Part shown: positions 12,506 through 24,885 of the stretch, one piece after another | Position numbering within the stretch: position 1 is the stretch's first letter | Layout: each line of letters begins with the position of its first letter | Source of the DNA: Escherichia coli | Lineage (GTDB): Bacteria > Pseudomonadota > Gammaproteobacteria > Enterobacterales > Enterobacteriaceae | NCBI RefSeq assembly: GCF_003334385.1 | Contig: NZ_QOWN01000031.1 | Length of the DNA stretch: 54,847 nt | Direction: 5' to 3' (one strand) | The notes under the pieces: model-generated | Databases searched by the model: none | Told to the model about the DNA's origin: nothing | The model's input: only the letters and a program-made list of their open reading frames with translations | Made by a program: the position numbers and the translations under genes

Positions 12506-13867
12506 ATGTCTTTTGATTTAATCATTAAAAACGGCACCGTTATTTTAGAAAACGAAGCTCGCGTTGTAGATATCGCCGTTAAAGGCGGAAAAATTGCTGC
12601 TATCGGTCAGGATCTGGGCGATGCAAAAGAAGTTATGGATGCGTCTGGTCTGGTGGTTTCGCCGGGCATGGTTGATGCGCACACCCATATTTCTGAACCG
12701 GGTCGTAGCCACTGGGAAGGTTATGAAACCGGTACTCGCGCAGCGGCAAAAGGTGGTATCACCACCATGATCGAAATGCCGCTCAACCAGCTGCCTGCAA
12801 CGGTTGACCGCGCTTCAATTGAACTGAAGTTCGATGCCGCTAAAGGCAAGCTGACTATTGATGCGGCACAACTCGGTGGCCTGGTGTCTTACAACATCGA
12901 CCGTCTGCATGAGCTGGATGAAGTGGGCGTTGTCGGCTTCAAATGCTTCGTTGCGACCTGTGGCGATCGCGGTATCGACAACGACTTCCGTGATGTAAAC
13001 GACTGGCAGTTCTTCAAAGGTGCGCAGAAGCTGGGCGAACTGGGTCAGCCGGTGCTGGTGCACTGCGAAAACGCGCTGATTTGTGACGAACTGGGCGAAG
13101 AAGCGAAGCGTGAAGGTCGCGTAACCGCTCATGACTATGTGGCTTCGCGTCCGGTATTTACCGAAGTGGAAGCAATTCGCCGCGTACTGTATCTGGCGAA
13201 AGTTGCTGGTTGCCGTCTGCACGTTTGCCACGTCAGCAGCCCGGAAGGTGTTGAGGAAGTGACTCGTGCACGTCAGGAAGGTCAGGACGTTACTTGTGAA
13301 TCCTGCCCGCATTACTTTGTACTGGATACCGATCAGTTCGAAGAAATCGGTACTCTGGCGAAGTGTTCACCGCCGATCCGCGATCTGGAAAACCAGAAAG
13401 GCATGTGGGAAAAACTGTTTAACGGTGAAATCGACTGCCTGGTTTCCGACCACTCTCCATGCCCGCCGGAAATGAAAGCCGGTAACATCATGAAAGCATG
13501 GGGCGGTATCGCCGGTCTGCAAAGCTGCATGGACGTGATGTTCGATGAAGCGGTACAGAAACGCGGTATGTCTCTGCCAATGTTCGGCAAATTAATGGCG
13601 ACTAACGCAGCAGATATTTTCGGTCTGCAGCAAAAAGGCCGTATCGCCCCAGGAAAAGATGCCGACTTCGTCTTCATTCAGCCGAATAGCAGCTATGTTC
13701 TTACCAATGACGATCTGGAATATCGCCACAAAGTCAGCCCGTATGTTGGCCGTACCATTGGCGCGCGTATCACGAAAACCATCTTACGTGGTGATGTGAT
13801 TTACGACATTGAACAGGGCTTCCCTGTTGCGCCGAAAGGTCAATTTATCCTTAAACATCAGCAGTAA
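12506..13867 (+). CDS. allB: Allantoinase
   Basis: 453-aa ORF with amidohydrolase metal-binding motifs (DAHTH near the N-terminus); synteny. Confidence 0.85.
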   Translation: MSFDLIIKNGTVILENEARVVDIAVKGGKIAAIGQDLGDAKEVMDASGLVVSPGMVDAHTHISEPGRSHWEGYETGTRAAAKGGITTMIEMPLNQLPATVDRASIELKFDAAKGKLTIDAAQLGGLVSYNIDRLHELDEVGVVGFKCFVATCGDRGIDNDFRDVNDWQFFKGAQKLGELGQPVLVHCENALICDELGEEAKREGRVTAHDYVASRPVFTEVEAIRRVLYLAKVAGCRLHVCHVSSPEGVEEVTRARQEGQDVTCESCPHYFVLDTDQFEEIGTLAKCSPPIRDLENQKGMWEKLFNGEIDCLVSDHSPCPPEMKAGNIMKAWGGIAGLQSCMDVMFDEAVQKRGMSLPMFGKLMATNAADIFGLQQKGRIAPGKDADFVFIQPNSSYVLTNDDLEYRHKVSPYVGRTIGARITKTILRGDVIYDIEQGFPVAPKGQFILKHQQ

Positions 13868-13923
13868 TCTGGCCCCTGCAATGCCCGTCCTTGCGGCGGG
13901 CATTCTCCGGTTAAGGTGTGTTT

Positions 13924-15225
13924 ATGTTCAATTTTGCAGTCAGCCGCGAAAGCCTGTTATCAGGATTTCAGTGGTTTTTCTTTATTTTTTGCAACACGGT
14001 TGTGGTTCCTCCTACGCTACTTTCTGCTTTTCAGTTGCCGCAAAGTAGCCTGCTTACGCTCACGCAATATGCTTTTCTTGCTACCGCACTGGCCTGCTTC
14101 GCTCAGGCGTTTTGCGGTCATCGTCGCGCTATTATGGAAGGGCCAGGTGGCCTGTGGTGGGGAACCATCCTTACTATCACCCTTGGTGAAGCATCGCGCG
14201 GGACACCGATCAACGATATCGCCACCAGCCTGGCAGTGGGGATTGCACTCTCCGGCGTGCTGACGATGTTGATTGGTTTTAGCGGATTAGGCCATCGCCT
14301 GGCACGGTTATTTACGCCGTCGGTGATGGTCTTGTTTATGTTGATGCTGGGCGCGCAGCTGACCACTATCTTTTTCAAAGGTATGCTCGGGCTGCCGTTT
14401 GGCATAGCCGACCCGAATTTTAAAATTCAGTTACCGCCGTTCGCGCTCTCGGTGGCGGTGATGTGCCTGGTACTGGCGATGATTATCTTCCTGCCGCAAC
14501 GTTTTGCCCGTTATGGCCTGCTGGTCGGCACCATAACCGGCTGGTTGTTGTGGTACTTTTGCTTTCCTTCTTCGCACTCGCTCTCCGGTGAGTTGCACTG
14601 GCAGTGGTTCCCGCTCGGCAGTGGCGGTGCTTTGTCGCCGGGAATTATTCTGACGGCGGTGATTACAGGTCTGGTAAATATCAGCAATACCTACGGTGCG
14701 ATTCGGGGCACGGATGTTTTTTATCCGCAGCAGGGCGCAGGGAATACGCGTTATCGTCGTAGCTTTGTGGCGACCGGATTTATGACGCTGATAACCGTAC
14801 CGCTGGCGGTAATTCCATTTTCACCGTTTGTTTCATCCATTGGTTTATTAACCCAGACTGGCGATTACACGCGGCGTTCGTTTATTTATGGCAGCGTTAT
14901 TTGCCTGCTGGTGGCGCTGGTTCCTGCACTCACGCGACTGTTTTGCAGTATCCCTTTACCCGTGAGTAGTGCGGTCATGCTGGTTTCTTATCTGCCTTTA
15001 CTCTTTTCCGCGCTGGTGTTTAGCCAGCAAATAACGTTTACCGCTCGCAATATTTATCGACTCGCATTGCCGTTATTTGTCGGCATATTTTTAATGGCAT
15101 TACCGCCTGTGTATCTGCAAGACCTTCCATTAACGCTTCGTCCTCTGCTCAGTAACGGCTTATTGGTCGGGATTTTACTGGCTGTTCTTATGGATAACCT
15201 TATTCCGTGGGAACGCATCGAATAA
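13924..15225 (+). CDS. ybbY: Putative purine/nucleobase permease
   Basis: Polytopic membrane protein; start chosen at MFNFAVSRES (the ORF track begins 2 codons earlier at 13918). Confidence 0.75.
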   Translation: MFNFAVSRESLLSGFQWFFFIFCNTVVVPPTLLSAFQLPQSSLLTLTQYAFLATALACFAQAFCGHRRAIMEGPGGLWWGTILTITLGEASRGTPINDIATSLAVGIALSGVLTMLIGFSGLGHRLARLFTPSVMVLFMLMLGAQLTTIFFKGMLGLPFGIADPNFKIQLPPFALSVAVMCLVLAMIIFLPQRFARYGLLVGTITGWLLWYFCFPSSHSLSGELHWQWFPLGSGGALSPGIILTAVITGLVNISNTYGAIRGTDVFYPQQGAGNTRYRRSFVATGFMTLITVPLAVIPFSPFVSSIGLLTQTGDYTRRSFIYGSVICLLVALVPALTRLFCSIPLPVSSAVMLVSYLPLLFSALVFSQQITFTARNIYRLALPLFVGIFLMALPPVYLQDLPLTLRPLLSNGLLVGILLAVLMDNLIPWERIE

Positions 15226-15246
15226 TTTGTTGAAAAAGGATTGATA

Positions 15247-16392
15247 ATGAAGATTGTCATTGCGCCAGACTCTTTTAAAGAGAGCTTAAGTGCAGAAAAA
15301 TGTTGTCAGGCAATTAAAGCCGGGTTTTCGACCCTCTTTCCCGATGCGAACTATATCTGTTTGCCGATAGCGGATGGCGGCGAAGGGACGGTGGATGCGA
15401 TGGTCGCCGCGACGGGCGGCAACATCGTGACGCTTGAAGTCTGCGGGCCGATGGGCGAAAAAGTGAATGCTTTTTATGGCCTTACCGGCGACGGGAAAAC
15501 GGCGGTGATTGAGATGGCGGCAGCAAGTGGCCTGATGCTGGTCGCGCCTGAAAAGCGTAATCCGTTGCTGGCCTCCAGTTTTGGTACGGGGGAGTTAATT
15601 CGTCATGCGCTGGATAACGACATTCGCCATATTATTCTCGGCATTGGCGGCAGTGCGACGGTCGACGGCGGTATGGGCATGGCGCAGGCGCTCGGTGTGC
15701 GTTTCCTTGATGCCGACGGTCAGGCGCTGGCGGCAAACGGTGGTAATTTAGCGCGCGTGGCAAGCATTGAGATGGATGAATGCGATCCGCGTCTGGCGAA
15801 TTGCCATATTGAAGTAGCATGTGACGTTGATAACCCGCTGGTAGGGGCACGCGGCGCGGCGGCGGTGTTTGGCCCGCAAAAAGGGGCAACGCCGGAGATG
15901 GTCGAAGAACTTGAACAGGGGCTGCAAAATTACGCCCGTGTTTTACAACAGCAAACTGAAATTAATGTCTGCCAGATGGCGGGCGGCGGCGCTGCGGGCG
16001 GTATGGGTATTGCGGCGGCGGTATTTCTCAATGCGGATATTAAACCGGGCATTGAAATTGTGTTGAATGCGGTCAATCTTGCGCAGGCAGTGCAGGGCGC
16101 AGCACTGGTGATTACCGGGGAAGGGCGCATCGACTCGCAAACGGCAGGCGGTAAAGCGCCGCTGGGTGTGGCGTCGGTGGCGAAGCAGTTTAATGTACCG
16201 GTGATTGGGATTGCTGGCGTATTGGGTGATGGCGTGGAAGTGGTGCACCAGTACGGCATTGACGCGGTATTCAGCATTTTGCCTCGTCTGGCACCTTTAG
16301 CCGAAGTGCTCGCCAGCGGTGAAACCAATCTCTTCAACAGCGCGCGAAATATTGCCTGCGCCATTAAAATAGGTCAGGGAATTAAAAACTAA
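15247..16392 (+). CDS. glxK: Glycerate kinase II
   Basis: 381-aa ORF starting [16 protein letters not shown]; glycerate kinase family; synteny. Confidence 0.85.
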
Positions 16393-16404
16393 CCCTTACC
16401 TTTA

Positions 16405-16560
16405 AAGCGGATGCGATTTATATCGCATAAGAGTGCAGTACTCATGCCGGATGCGGCATGAGTACCATATCCTTCCTGAAAATCGCGCAAATTCTATATA
16501 TTGCAGAGATCATGTAGGCCTGATAAGCGAAGCGCATCAGGCAATGTTACAAAAAAAGCC
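16405..16560. repeat. REP/palindromic-unit cluster between convergent glxK and allE
   Basis: Palindromes gtactcatgccggatgcggcatgagtac and gcctgataagcgaagcgcatcaggc, plus hairpin gccacggtataaaccgtggc. Confidence 0.6.
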
Positions 16561-16619
16561 ACGGTATAAACCGTGGCAAAATCCAACATAGCTAAAAATA
16601 ATCAGGCGAGTGGTATGAC

Positions 16620-17405
16620 TTAAATCTCTACGTCGCGGTTACAATCTTTCGAGTAAATATAGCTGAACGCTTCACCACGCCCTACACCATAACCAGCCTG
16701 TAAAGAATAAGCGCCCATAAAGATGTAATCGCCTTTTTTCACCGGGATCCAGTTATTGTCGAGGTTATAAACCCCCTGACCGGAAAGAATATAGGCACCG
16801 TGTTCCTGAACGTGTGTTTCGATATAACCGTGGCTGGCACCTGGTGCAAAAGAGAGGATATGCATGTTCATATCAAAACCTAACTCTTTGGGCAGAAAAT
16901 CCAGCAGAATAACATCGTCCATGCCTTCATAATGAATGCGTTCCAGTTCGCTGGCATTGCCAGAAACCAGCCACGGTGCATAGCCTTCTACCGGAACATA
17001 GCGGCGCTTATATAAAAAGATTTGGCTGTCTTCGGCCTGGGCGTTAACAAACGTCATTAAGGAGCCTGGCGGGCAATAAAGATAGCCACCTTCGCTTAAG
17101 GCAAATGTTTTGCCTTCGGCTTTGGCAGTGATATTTCCAGAGATCACATACAGGAACGTTTCAATGCCTTCGCCACCGAAGCCCTGTTGGTTGCCACCGT
17201 TTTGATGCAGTGTGACCAGATAATCAACAAAAGAGGCACCCAGCTTTGGCGTGGAGAGGATTGTCGCGTCACAATTTTCAAAGCCCGGAATAATATTTTT
17301 TACCAGACCATCCGGGGTTAACAGTGCGAAATTACCGTGTTTAACAATCGCACGGTTAGCCAGTAAATCTTCGCGGTAACCGGTGACGTTATTTAAATAT
17401 CCCAT
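16620..17405 (-). CDS. allE: Ureidoglycine aminohydrolase (cupin)
   Basis: 261-aa ORF; synteny upstream of allC. Confidence 0.8.
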   Translation of the reverse strand: MGYLNNVTGYREDLLANRAIVKHGNFALLTPDGLVKNIIPGFENCDATILSTPKLGASFVDYLVTLHQNGGNQQGFGGEGIETFLYVISGNITAKAEGKTFALSEGGYLYCPPGSLMTFVNAQAEDSQIFLYKRRYVPVEGYAPWLVSGNASELERIHYEGMDDVILLDFLPKELGFDMNMHILSFAPGASHGYIETHVQEHGAYILSGQGVYNLDNNWIPVKKGDYIFMGAYSLQAGYGVGRGEAFSYIYSKDCNRDVEI

Positions 17406-17415
17406 TTATGACTCC

Positions 17416-18651
17416 TTATTTCTGCCAGGCAAGTTGATAAAGCATGAGTGCCAACGTTTTGACCCCTTCGGCAAGGTCGGTAATATTGGTGCGTTCCGCC
17501 GGGTTATGGCTGATCCCGTTGATGCTGGGGATAAAAATCATGCAGGTTGGTACGCGAGGCGCGAAAATTTGCGCGTCGTGCCCGGCACCACTGTGCATCA
17601 CCCGGTAATTCAGTTTTTCTCTTTCACACAATTCTGTCAGGGTGGCGACCAGCTCCTTATTCATCGGCACGGGTTCTTCGTCCATCCATAAATCGATATC
17701 AATACCAATGTCCATTTCATCGCAAATCGCCCGCATGTCGTTTTCTAACTGTTGGGTGAAATCGCGCAGCACGGCAGCGTCGGTATGACGACAATCAATG
17801 GTGAACGTGGTTTTACCCGGCACCACATTTACCGTATTCGGGCGCGGCTCTACTTTGCCAAAGGTCAGAACCAGCGGATCGCCCATCCTTTTCGCTTTTT
17901 CGACCGACTGATGGCAAATGCGACTGAAAGCGTAAACTGTATCACGACGATAACCCATCGGCGTGGTGCCTGCATGGTTTGATTCGCCGTTCAGCGTTAC
18001 CGTATAACGACGCTGCCCGACAATTGCATTCACCACGCCAATTGATTGCCCATTACTTTCCAGCACACAGCCCTGTTCAATATGCAGTTCAACAAAGGCT
18101 TTAATATCCTGACGCGGAGTTAGTGGGGCGTTCGGAAGAGTAAATCCGCAAGCCTTCATCGCATCGACAAAACTATTTCCTTTGGCATCACAGATATTCC
18201 GCACGTCGTCAGGATTCGCCAGCCCAAAAATATTTTTACTGCCCCAGAAGACATACGGGAAGCGGCTGCCTTCTTCTTCTGCCATCGCCACCACTTCGAC
18301 CGTACGTAGCGGCGCGCCGTATTGCGTTTTCAGCCAGTCAATTGCCAGCCACGCCGCCAGCGCGCCGAATTGCCCGTCAAGGTTACCGCCGTTAACCACG
18401 GTATCGATATGCGAACCGCTCAGAACCACTTCCTGTGGATATTCGGTGCCATTCAGGCGACCGTATAAATTCCCCACTTCATCGAAACGTGTTTCCAGCC
18501 CGCTTGCTGCCATTCTTTTTTTAAATTGCTGCTGGGTTTCCAGCCATTCCGGCGAATAAAGTAAACGGGTCATCCCACCCGCTGGGTCAGCGCCAAAAGA
18601 GGAAAGCCAGGGCAGCGTTTCTTCTATAGCTTGACGGAAATGTGTAATCAT
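17416..18651 (-). CDS. allC: Allantoate amidohydrolase (M20 peptidase family)
   Basis: ORF 17416-18669; start taken at MITHFRQAIEE (411 aa). Confidence 0.85.
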   Translation of the reverse strand: MITHFRQAIEETLPWLSSFGADPAGGMTRLLYSPEWLETQQQFKKRMAASGLETRFDEVGNLYGRLNGTEYPQEVVLSGSHIDTVVNGGNLDGQFGALAAWLAIDWLKTQYGAPLRTVEVVAMAEEEGSRFPYVFWGSKNIFGLANPDDVRNICDAKGNSFVDAMKACGFTLPNAPLTPRQDIKAFVELHIEQGCVLESNGQSIGVVNAIVGQRRYTVTLNGESNHAGTTPMGYRRDTVYAFSRICHQSVEKAKRMGDPLVLTFGKVEPRPNTVNVVPGKTTFTIDCRHTDAAVLRDFTQQLENDMRAICDEMDIGIDIDLWMDEEPVPMNKELVATLTELCEREKLNYRVMHSGAGHDAQIFAPRVPTCMIFIPSINGISHNPAERTNITDLAEGVKTLALMLYQLAWQK

Positions 18652-18672
18652 AAGAAAGTCCTGTCTCAATAA

Positions 18673-19722
18673 TTATTGCGCAAAGGGATTTTTCGTTTCG
18701 TATGACGTGTTATAAAGCGCGTCGGAAATTAAATACTGGTAAATATCATCAACAATTTCGATGCCTTCGACGGCGGCTTTGCGTTGTTTAATATCCTGAT
18801 CCTGTCCGGGATAATAAACCTGATTAAAACCGGGCGCGGGGGTAATGGCATTTAATTCGCGCATGGTCTGGCTAAGATGTTGACGGAATAATTCGCTGGA
18901 GGAGAAAAAGTTCGGATTAATAACTATATGTAATTGCCCCAAATTACGCCCTGCGTGTAAATCGTCATACATCGAACTAACCTGTCGCCCGAACGGTAAG
19001 CCGAGTAAGACGCCTGAGAGGACGTCAATCATCATCATCAGGCCATACCCTTTTGGCCCGGCGGCGGGGAGCAGAGCATGTACCGCGAACGGATCGGTTG
19101 TTGGTACACCGTTTTTATCGACCGCCCAGGTATCCGGGATAGACATATTACGCGAGCGGGCGTCGAGCACTTTTCCCCATGCCTGTACGGTAGTCGCCAT
19201 ATCAAAGGTAAGGATCTCGTCGCCTTCTCCCGGCGCGGCAAAGGCCAGGGGGTTAGTACCGTAGTAAATTTCCGCGCCGCCAAACGGCACCACCATTGGA
19301 TCGGACTGGCACATCGAAATGCCAATGAATCCGGCGCGGGCTGCCTGCTGCACAAAATAAGAGATTGCGCCGCTGTGACCCATCCGGCTGATACCGACCA
19401 CCGCAACGCCATTTTGCTGGGCGGTTTTGATGGCATGTTCCATACCCATTTTCGCCGCGACCTGTCCGGCGGCATTGTCGGCATGTAAAATTGCCGAGCA
19501 CGGCCCGGTTTCCTCAAGACGAAACTCCGGTTCGCGGTTGGTGCCGCCTTTTGAAATGCGTTCCGCGTAGTATTCCACGCGCACCGCGCCATGAGAGTGG
19601 ATCCCTCTGGCATCGGCGTAAACCAATACTTCAGCCACGGTTGCAGCGTGCTCACGTTTTAACCCAGCCTGGCAGAGTTTATTCTCAATTAGCTGGTGGA
19701 GTGTTTCCCGACTGATTTTCAT
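18673..19722 (-). CDS. allD: Ureidoglycolate dehydrogenase
   Basis: 349-aa ORF; synteny allD-allC-allE. Confidence 0.85.
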   Translation of the reverse strand: MKISRETLHQLIENKLCQAGLKREHAATVAEVLVYADARGIHSHGAVRVEYYAERISKGGTNREPEFRLEETGPCSAILHADNAAGQVAAKMGMEHAIKTAQQNGVAVVGISRMGHSGAISYFVQQAARAGFIGISMCQSDPMVVPFGGAEIYYGTNPLAFAAPGEGDEILTFDMATTVQAWGKVLDARSRNMSIPDTWAVDKNGVPTTDPFAVHALLPAAGPKGYGLMMMIDVLSGVLLGLPFGRQVSSMYDDLHAGRNLGQLHIVINPNFFSSSELFRQHLSQTMRELNAITPAPGFNQVYYPGQDQDIKQRKAAVEGIEIVDDIYQYLISDALYNTSYETKNPFAQ

Positions 19723-20038
19723 CTGTCTTCCTTTTTAACGACGGTGTGAAGCATGACTGCAATTAACATACAGGGAAAATATCTGGATTATGTGATCCAG
19801 ACAGGCAAGAAAATATAGTTAGAATTTATTTGATAATCCGCTCACTTTTAACCTGATTTTTAAAACAACCACGCTTATTAAAAAATAATGAGTAATAGCC
19901 TGGCGGTTATTTGAATTCTTTTGTTAATAATTCCTGTGTGATATTCATCACCTTATTTACTCGTTGTCATCGATACCGTAATCGCCACATTAACACTGCT
20001 CGTGCAATTGCCATGGGTGCAATTTTTAAGGAGTTGTT

Positions 20039-21706
20039 ATGATCCACGCCTTTATTAAAAAAGGGTGTTTTCAGGATTCGGTCAGTTTAATGATTATTTC
20101 ACGAAAACTCAGCGAATCAGAAAATGTTGATGATGTTTCCGTAATGATGGGTACGCCCGCCAATAAAGCGTTATTAGATACCACAGGTTTCTGGCATGAC
20201 GATTTTAATAACGCCACGCCGAACGATATTTGCGTGGCAATTCGTAGCGAAGCGGCGGATGCGGGGATCGCGCAGGCGATTATGCAGCAGCTTGAAGAGG
20301 CGCTAAAACAACTGGCGCAGGGGTCAGGCTGCAGCCAGGCGTTGACGCAGGTGCGTCGCTGGGACAGTGCCTGTCAGAAATTACCCGACGCCAGTCTGGC
20401 GCTGATTTCAGTGGCTGGCGAGTATGCGGCGGAGCTGGCGAACCAGGCGCTGGATCGCAACCTCAACGTGATGATGTTCTCCGATAACGTCACGCTGGAA
20501 GATGAAATCCAACTTAAAAGCCGCGCGCGGGAAAAAGGCTTGCTGGTGATGGGGCCGGACTGCGGTACGTCGATGATTGCCGGCACGCCGCTGGCTTTTG
20601 CTAACGTGATGCCGGAAGGCAATATTGGCGTCATTGGCGCTTCCGGTACCGGGATTCAGGAACTGTGTTCGCAGATTGCGCTGGCAGGGGAGGGAATTAC
20701 TCACGCGATTGGCCTTGGCGGGCGCGACCTCAGCCGTGAAGTGGGCGGCATCAGTGCGCTGACGGCGCTGGAAATGCTCAGTGCAGACGAGAAAAGCGAA
20801 GTGCTGGCATTTGTTTCAAAACCGCCTGCCGAAGCTGTGCGTCTGAAAATTGTTAATGCCATGAAAGCAACCGGCAAACCGACGGTGGCGCTGTTTTTAG
20901 GTTATACCCCGGCGGTGGCCCGCGACGAGAATGTCTGGTTTGCCTCCTCGCTGGATGAGGCCGCACGCCTGGCTTGCCTGCTTTCACGCGTTACGGCGCG
21001 ACGTAACGCGATAACGCCTGCCAGCAGCGGATTTATTTGCGGTTTGTATACCGGCGGTACCCTGGCTGCCGAAGCGGCGGGATTACTTGCTGGACACCTT
21101 GGCGTGGAAGCCGACGATACCCATCATCACGGCATGATGCTCGACGCCGATGGTCACCAGATTATTGACCTCGGCGATGATTTCTACACCGTCGGGCGTC
21201 CCCATCCGATGATCGACCCAGCCTTACGCAATCAGTTAATTGCCGATCTCGGCGCTAAACCGCAAGTGCGCGTATTGCTGCTTGATGTCGTGATTGGCTT
21301 CGGTGCGACCGCCGATCCTGCCGCCTCGCTGGTAAGCGCCTGGCAAAAAGCCTGTGCTGCGCGTTCAGACAATCAACCACTGTATGCCATTGCCACGGTG
21401 ACAGGCACTGAACGTGACCCGCAATGCCGCTCGCAGCAAATCGCCACGCTGGAAGATGCGGGGATCGCGGTAGTGAGTTCGCTGCCGGAAGCCACCTTGC
21501 TGGCGGCGGCACTGATTCGTCCGCTTTCGCCTGCCACTCAGCAACACACACCGTCATTACTGGAAAACGTCGCCGTGATTAACATCGGATTACGCAGCTT
21601 TGCGCTGGAGCTACAAAGCGCCAGCAAACCGGTTGTGCATTACCAATGGTCGCCAGTCGCCGGCGGCAATAAAAAACTGGCTCGTTTATTAGAACGTTTG
21701 CAATAA
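20039..21706 (+). CDS. fdrA: FdrA protein (acyl-CoA synthetase/succinyl-CoA ligase-like)
   Basis: 555-aa ORF; synteny fdrA-ylbE-ylbF-ybcF. Confidence 0.8.
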   Translation: MIHAFIKKGCFQDSVSLMIISRKLSESENVDDVSVMMGTPANKALLDTTGFWHDDFNNATPNDICVAIRSEAADAGIAQAIMQQLEEALKQLAQGSGCSQALTQVRRWDSACQKLPDASLALISVAGEYAAELANQALDRNLNVMMFSDNVTLEDEIQLKSRAREKGLLVMGPDCGTSMIAGTPLAFANVMPEGNIGVIGASGTGIQELCSQIALAGEGITHAIGLGGRDLSREVGGISALTALEMLSADEKSEVLAFVSKPPAEAVRLKIVNAMKATGKPTVALFLGYTPAVARDENVWFASSLDEAARLACLLSRVTARRNAITPASSGFICGLYTGGTLAAEAAGLLAGHLGVEADDTHHHGMMLDADGHQIIDLGDDFYTVGRPHPMIDPALRNQLIADLGAKPQVRVLLLDVVIGFGATADPAASLVSAWQKACAARSDNQPLYAIATVTGTERDPQCRSQQIATLEDAGIAVVSSLPEATLLAAALIRPLSPATQQHTPSLLENVAVINIGLRSFALELQSASKPVVHYQWSPVAGGNKKLARLLERLQ

Positions 21707-21715
21707 GGGGTTCCC

Positions 21716-22975
21716 ATGTTTACATCAGTGGCGCAAGCCAATGCTGCGATTATCGAACAAATTCGTCGCGCTCGTCCACACTGGCTGGATGTGCAACCGG
21801 CTTCTTCACTTATCAGCGAACTAAACCAGGGCAAAACACTGCTTCACGCCGGGCCGCCAATGCGCTGGCAGGAGATGACCGGACCTATGAAAGGGGCGTG
21901 CGTGGGCGCATGTCTGTTCGAAGGTTGGGCGAAAGATGAAGCGCAGGCGCTGGCAATACTGGAGCAGGGGGAAGTGAACTTCATTCCTTGTCACCATGTG
22001 AATGCCGTCGGGCCAATGGGCGGTATTACTTCTGCCAGTATGCCGATGCTGGTGGTCGAGAACGTGACCGACGGCAACCGGGCGTACTGCAACCTCAACG
22101 AAGGTATCGGCAAAGTGATGCGTTTTGGCGCTTATGGCGAAGATGTCCTGACTCGCCATCGCTGGATGCGCGATGTGTTAATGCCAGTATTAAGCGCGGC
22201 GCTGGGGCGCATGGAGCACGGTATCGATCTCACGGCGATGATGGCGCAGGGCATTACCATGGGCGATGAGTTCCATCAACGCAATATTGCTTCCTCAGCA
22301 CTGTTAATGCGTACGCTGGCCCCACAAATTGCTCGCCTCGATCATGATAAACAGCACATTGCGGAAGTGATGGATTTCCTCAGCGTGACCGATCAGTTCT
22401 TCCTCAACCTCGCGATGGCCTACTGCAAGGCGGCGATGGATGCTGGCGCGATGATCCGCGCAGGCAGCATCGTTACGGCTATGACCCGCAACGGCAATAT
22501 GTTCGGGATTCGGGTAAGCGGGCTGGGTGAACGCTGGTTTACTGCGCCTGTAAACACTCCGCAAGGTCTGTTTTTCACCGGCTTCTCGCAGGAGCAGGCG
22601 AACCCGGATATGGGCGATAGCGCGATTACCGAAACCTTTGGTATCGGAGGTGCGGCAATGATCGCAGCGCCTGGCGTAACGCGCTTTGTCGGTGCGGGTG
22701 GCATGGAAGCGGCCAGGGCGGTATCTGAAGAGATGGCGGAAATTTACCTTGAACGCAATATGCAGTTGCAGATCCCAAGCTGGGATTTTCAGGGCGCCTG
22801 CCTGGGACTGGACATTCGTCGCGTGGTAGAAACCGGTATTACGCCACTCATCAATACCGGTATCGCCCATAAAGAGGCGGGGATCGGGCAGATTGGCGCA
22901 GGCACCGTGCGGGCACCGCTGGCGTGTTTTGAACAGGCGCTGGAAGCACTGGCTGAAAGCATGGGGATTGGTTGA
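21716..22975 (+). CDS. ylbE: DUF1116-family protein
   Basis: 419-aa intact ORF; synteny. Confidence 0.75.
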   Translation: MFTSVAQANAAIIEQIRRARPHWLDVQPASSLISELNQGKTLLHAGPPMRWQEMTGPMKGACVGACLFEGWAKDEAQALAILEQGEVNFIPCHHVNAVGPMGGITSASMPMLVVENVTDGNRAYCNLNEGIGKVMRFGAYGEDVLTRHRWMRDVLMPVLSAALGRMEHGIDLTAMMAQGITMGDEFHQRNIASSALLMRTLAPQIARLDHDKQHIAEVMDFLSVTDQFFLNLAMAYCKAAMDAGAMIRAGSIVTAMTRNGNMFGIRVSGLGERWFTAPVNTPQGLFFTGFSQEQANPDMGDSAITETFGIGGAAMIAAPGVTRFVGAGGMEAARAVSEEMAEIYLERNMQLQIPSWDFQGACLGLDIRRVVETGITPLINTGIAHKEAGIGQIGAGTVRAPLACFEQALEALAESMGIG

Positions 22976-22985
22976 GGAACGCACA

Positions 22986-23801
22986 ATGACGATCATCCAT
23001 CCTCTGCTTGCCAGTAGTAGCGCACCGAATTATCGCCAGTCCTGGCGGTTAGCGGGAGTGTGGCGACGGGCGATTAACCTGATGACGGAAAGCGGCGAAC
23101 TGTTAACGCTGCATCGTAAGGGTAGTGGTTTCGGCCCCGGAGGATGGGTGCTTCGCCGCGCGCAATTCGATGCGTTATGCGGTGGATTATGCGGCAATGA
23201 ACGACCGCAGGTTGTGGCTCAAGGGATTCGCCTCGGGCGTTTCACGGTTAAACAGCCACAGCGTTATTGTTTGCTGCGTATTACGCCGCCTGCGCATCCT
23301 CAACCGCTTGCAGCTGCATGGATGCAACGCGCGGAGGAAACCGGGCTTTTCGGGCCACTGGCGATGGCGGCAAGCGATCCGCTGCCCGCTGAATTACGCC
23401 AGTTTCGTCACTGTTTTCAGGCCGCGCTCAATGGCGTTAAGACCGACTGGCGGCACTGGCTGGGTAAAGGACCCGGATTAACGCCAAGTCATGATGATAC
23501 GCTGAGCGGAATGCTGCTGGCGGCCTGGTATTATGGCGCTTTAGATGCGCGCTCTGGTCGCCAGTTTTTTGCCTGTTCCGACAATCTTCAACTCGTTACC
23601 ACAGCGGTGAGCGTCAGTTATTTACGCTACGCCGCGCAAGGATATTTCGCCTCGCCACTCCTGCACTTTGTTCATGCTCTGAGTTGCCCGAAACGTACCG
23701 CTGTTGCGATTGATTCGCTGCTGGCGCTGGGGCACACGTCAGGGGCAGATACGCTGCTGGGGTTCTGGCTTGGTCAACAATTATTACAAGGAACACCATG
23801 A
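22986..23801 (+). CDS. ylbF: Conserved protein of the oxamate/carbamate branch
   Basis: Start taken at [11 protein letters not shown] (271 aa); the ORF track extends upstream to 22893, overlapping ylbE. Confidence 0.75.
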   Translation: MTIIHPLLASSSAPNYRQSWRLAGVWRRAINLMTESGELLTLHRKGSGFGPGGWVLRRAQFDALCGGLCGNERPQVVAQGIRLGRFTVKQPQRYCLLRITPPAHPQPLAAAWMQRAEETGLFGPLAMAASDPLPAELRQFRHCFQAALNGVKTDWRHWLGKGPGLTPSHDDTLSGMLLAAWYYGALDARSGRQFFACSDNLQLVTTAVSVSYLRYAAQGYFASPLLHFVHALSCPKRTAVAIDSLLALGHTSGADTLLGFWLGQQLLQGTP

Positions 23802-24691
23802 AAACACTGGTTGTAGCTCTTGGGGGCAACGCCTTACTCCAGCGCGGCGAGGCGCTGACGGCAGAAAATCAATATCGCAATATCGCCAGTGCTGTACCCG
23901 CGCTGGCGCGCCTGGCCCGTTCTTATCGGCTGGCGATTGTTCACGGCAACGGGCCGCAGGTGGGGCTGCTGGCATTGCAGAATCTGGCGTGGAAAGAGGT
24001 AGAACCGTATCCGCTGGATGTGCTGGTGGCGGAAAGCCAGGGGATGATTGGCTATATGCTGGCACAGAGTTTGAGCGCACAGCCGCAGATGCCGCCCGTG
24101 ACGACGGTGCTGACGCGCATTGAGGTTTCGCCTGATGATCCGGCGTTTTTGCAGCCAGAGAAATTTATTGGTCCGGTTTATCAGCCAGAAGAACAAGAGG
24201 CACTGGAAGCGGCTTACGGCTGGCAGATGAAACGTGATGGTAAATATTTGCGCCGGGTGGTGGCGTCTCCGCAACCGCGTAAAATTCTCGACAGCGAAGC
24301 CATCGAGTTGTTGCTCAAAGAGGGGCATGTGGTGATTTGCAGTGGCGGCGGCGGTGTGCCTGTGACGGAAGATGGGGCAGGGAGTGAAGCGGTGATTGAT
24401 AAAGATCTCGCTGCTGCGTTGCTCGCTGAGCAGATTAACGCCGATGGGCTGGTGATCCTCACTGATGCTGATGCGGTATATGAAAACTGGGGAACGCCGC
24501 AGCAACGCGCCATTCGCCATGCCACACCGGATGAGTTAGCGCCATTTGCCAAAGCCGATGGTTCGATGGGGCCGAAGGTAACGGCGGTGAGTGGTTATGT
24601 CAGAAGCCGTGGTAAACCCGCGTGGATTGGGGCGTTATCGCGAATTGAAGAGACGCTGGCGGGCGAAGCGGGGACCTGTATTTCGCTGTAG
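23798..24691 (+). CDS. ybcF: Carbamate kinase-like protein
   Basis: 297-aa ORF with amino-acid kinase family features ([13 protein letters not shown]); synteny. Confidence 0.8.
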   Translation: MKTLVVALGGNALLQRGEALTAENQYRNIASAVPALARLARSYRLAIVHGNGPQVGLLALQNLAWKEVEPYPLDVLVAESQGMIGYMLAQSLSAQPQMPPVTTVLTRIEVSPDDPAFLQPEKFIGPVYQPEEQEALEAAYGWQMKRDGKYLRRVVASPQPRKILDSEAIELLLKEGHVVICSGGGGVPVTEDGAGSEAVIDKDLAAALLAEQINADGLVILTDADAVYENWGTPQQRAIRHATPDELAPFAKADGSMGPKVTAVSGYVRSRGKPAWIGALSRIEETLAGEAGTCISL

Positions 24692-24699
24692 TCGTAGGC

Positions 24700-24880
<181 letters not shown>

Positions 24881-24885
24881 ACCAG

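Noticed and set aside
13916-14263. 115-aa ORF at the 5' end of ybbY in an alternative frame
   Set aside because: Alternative frame of the membrane-permease gene; the permease frame is much longer and hydrophobic throughout.
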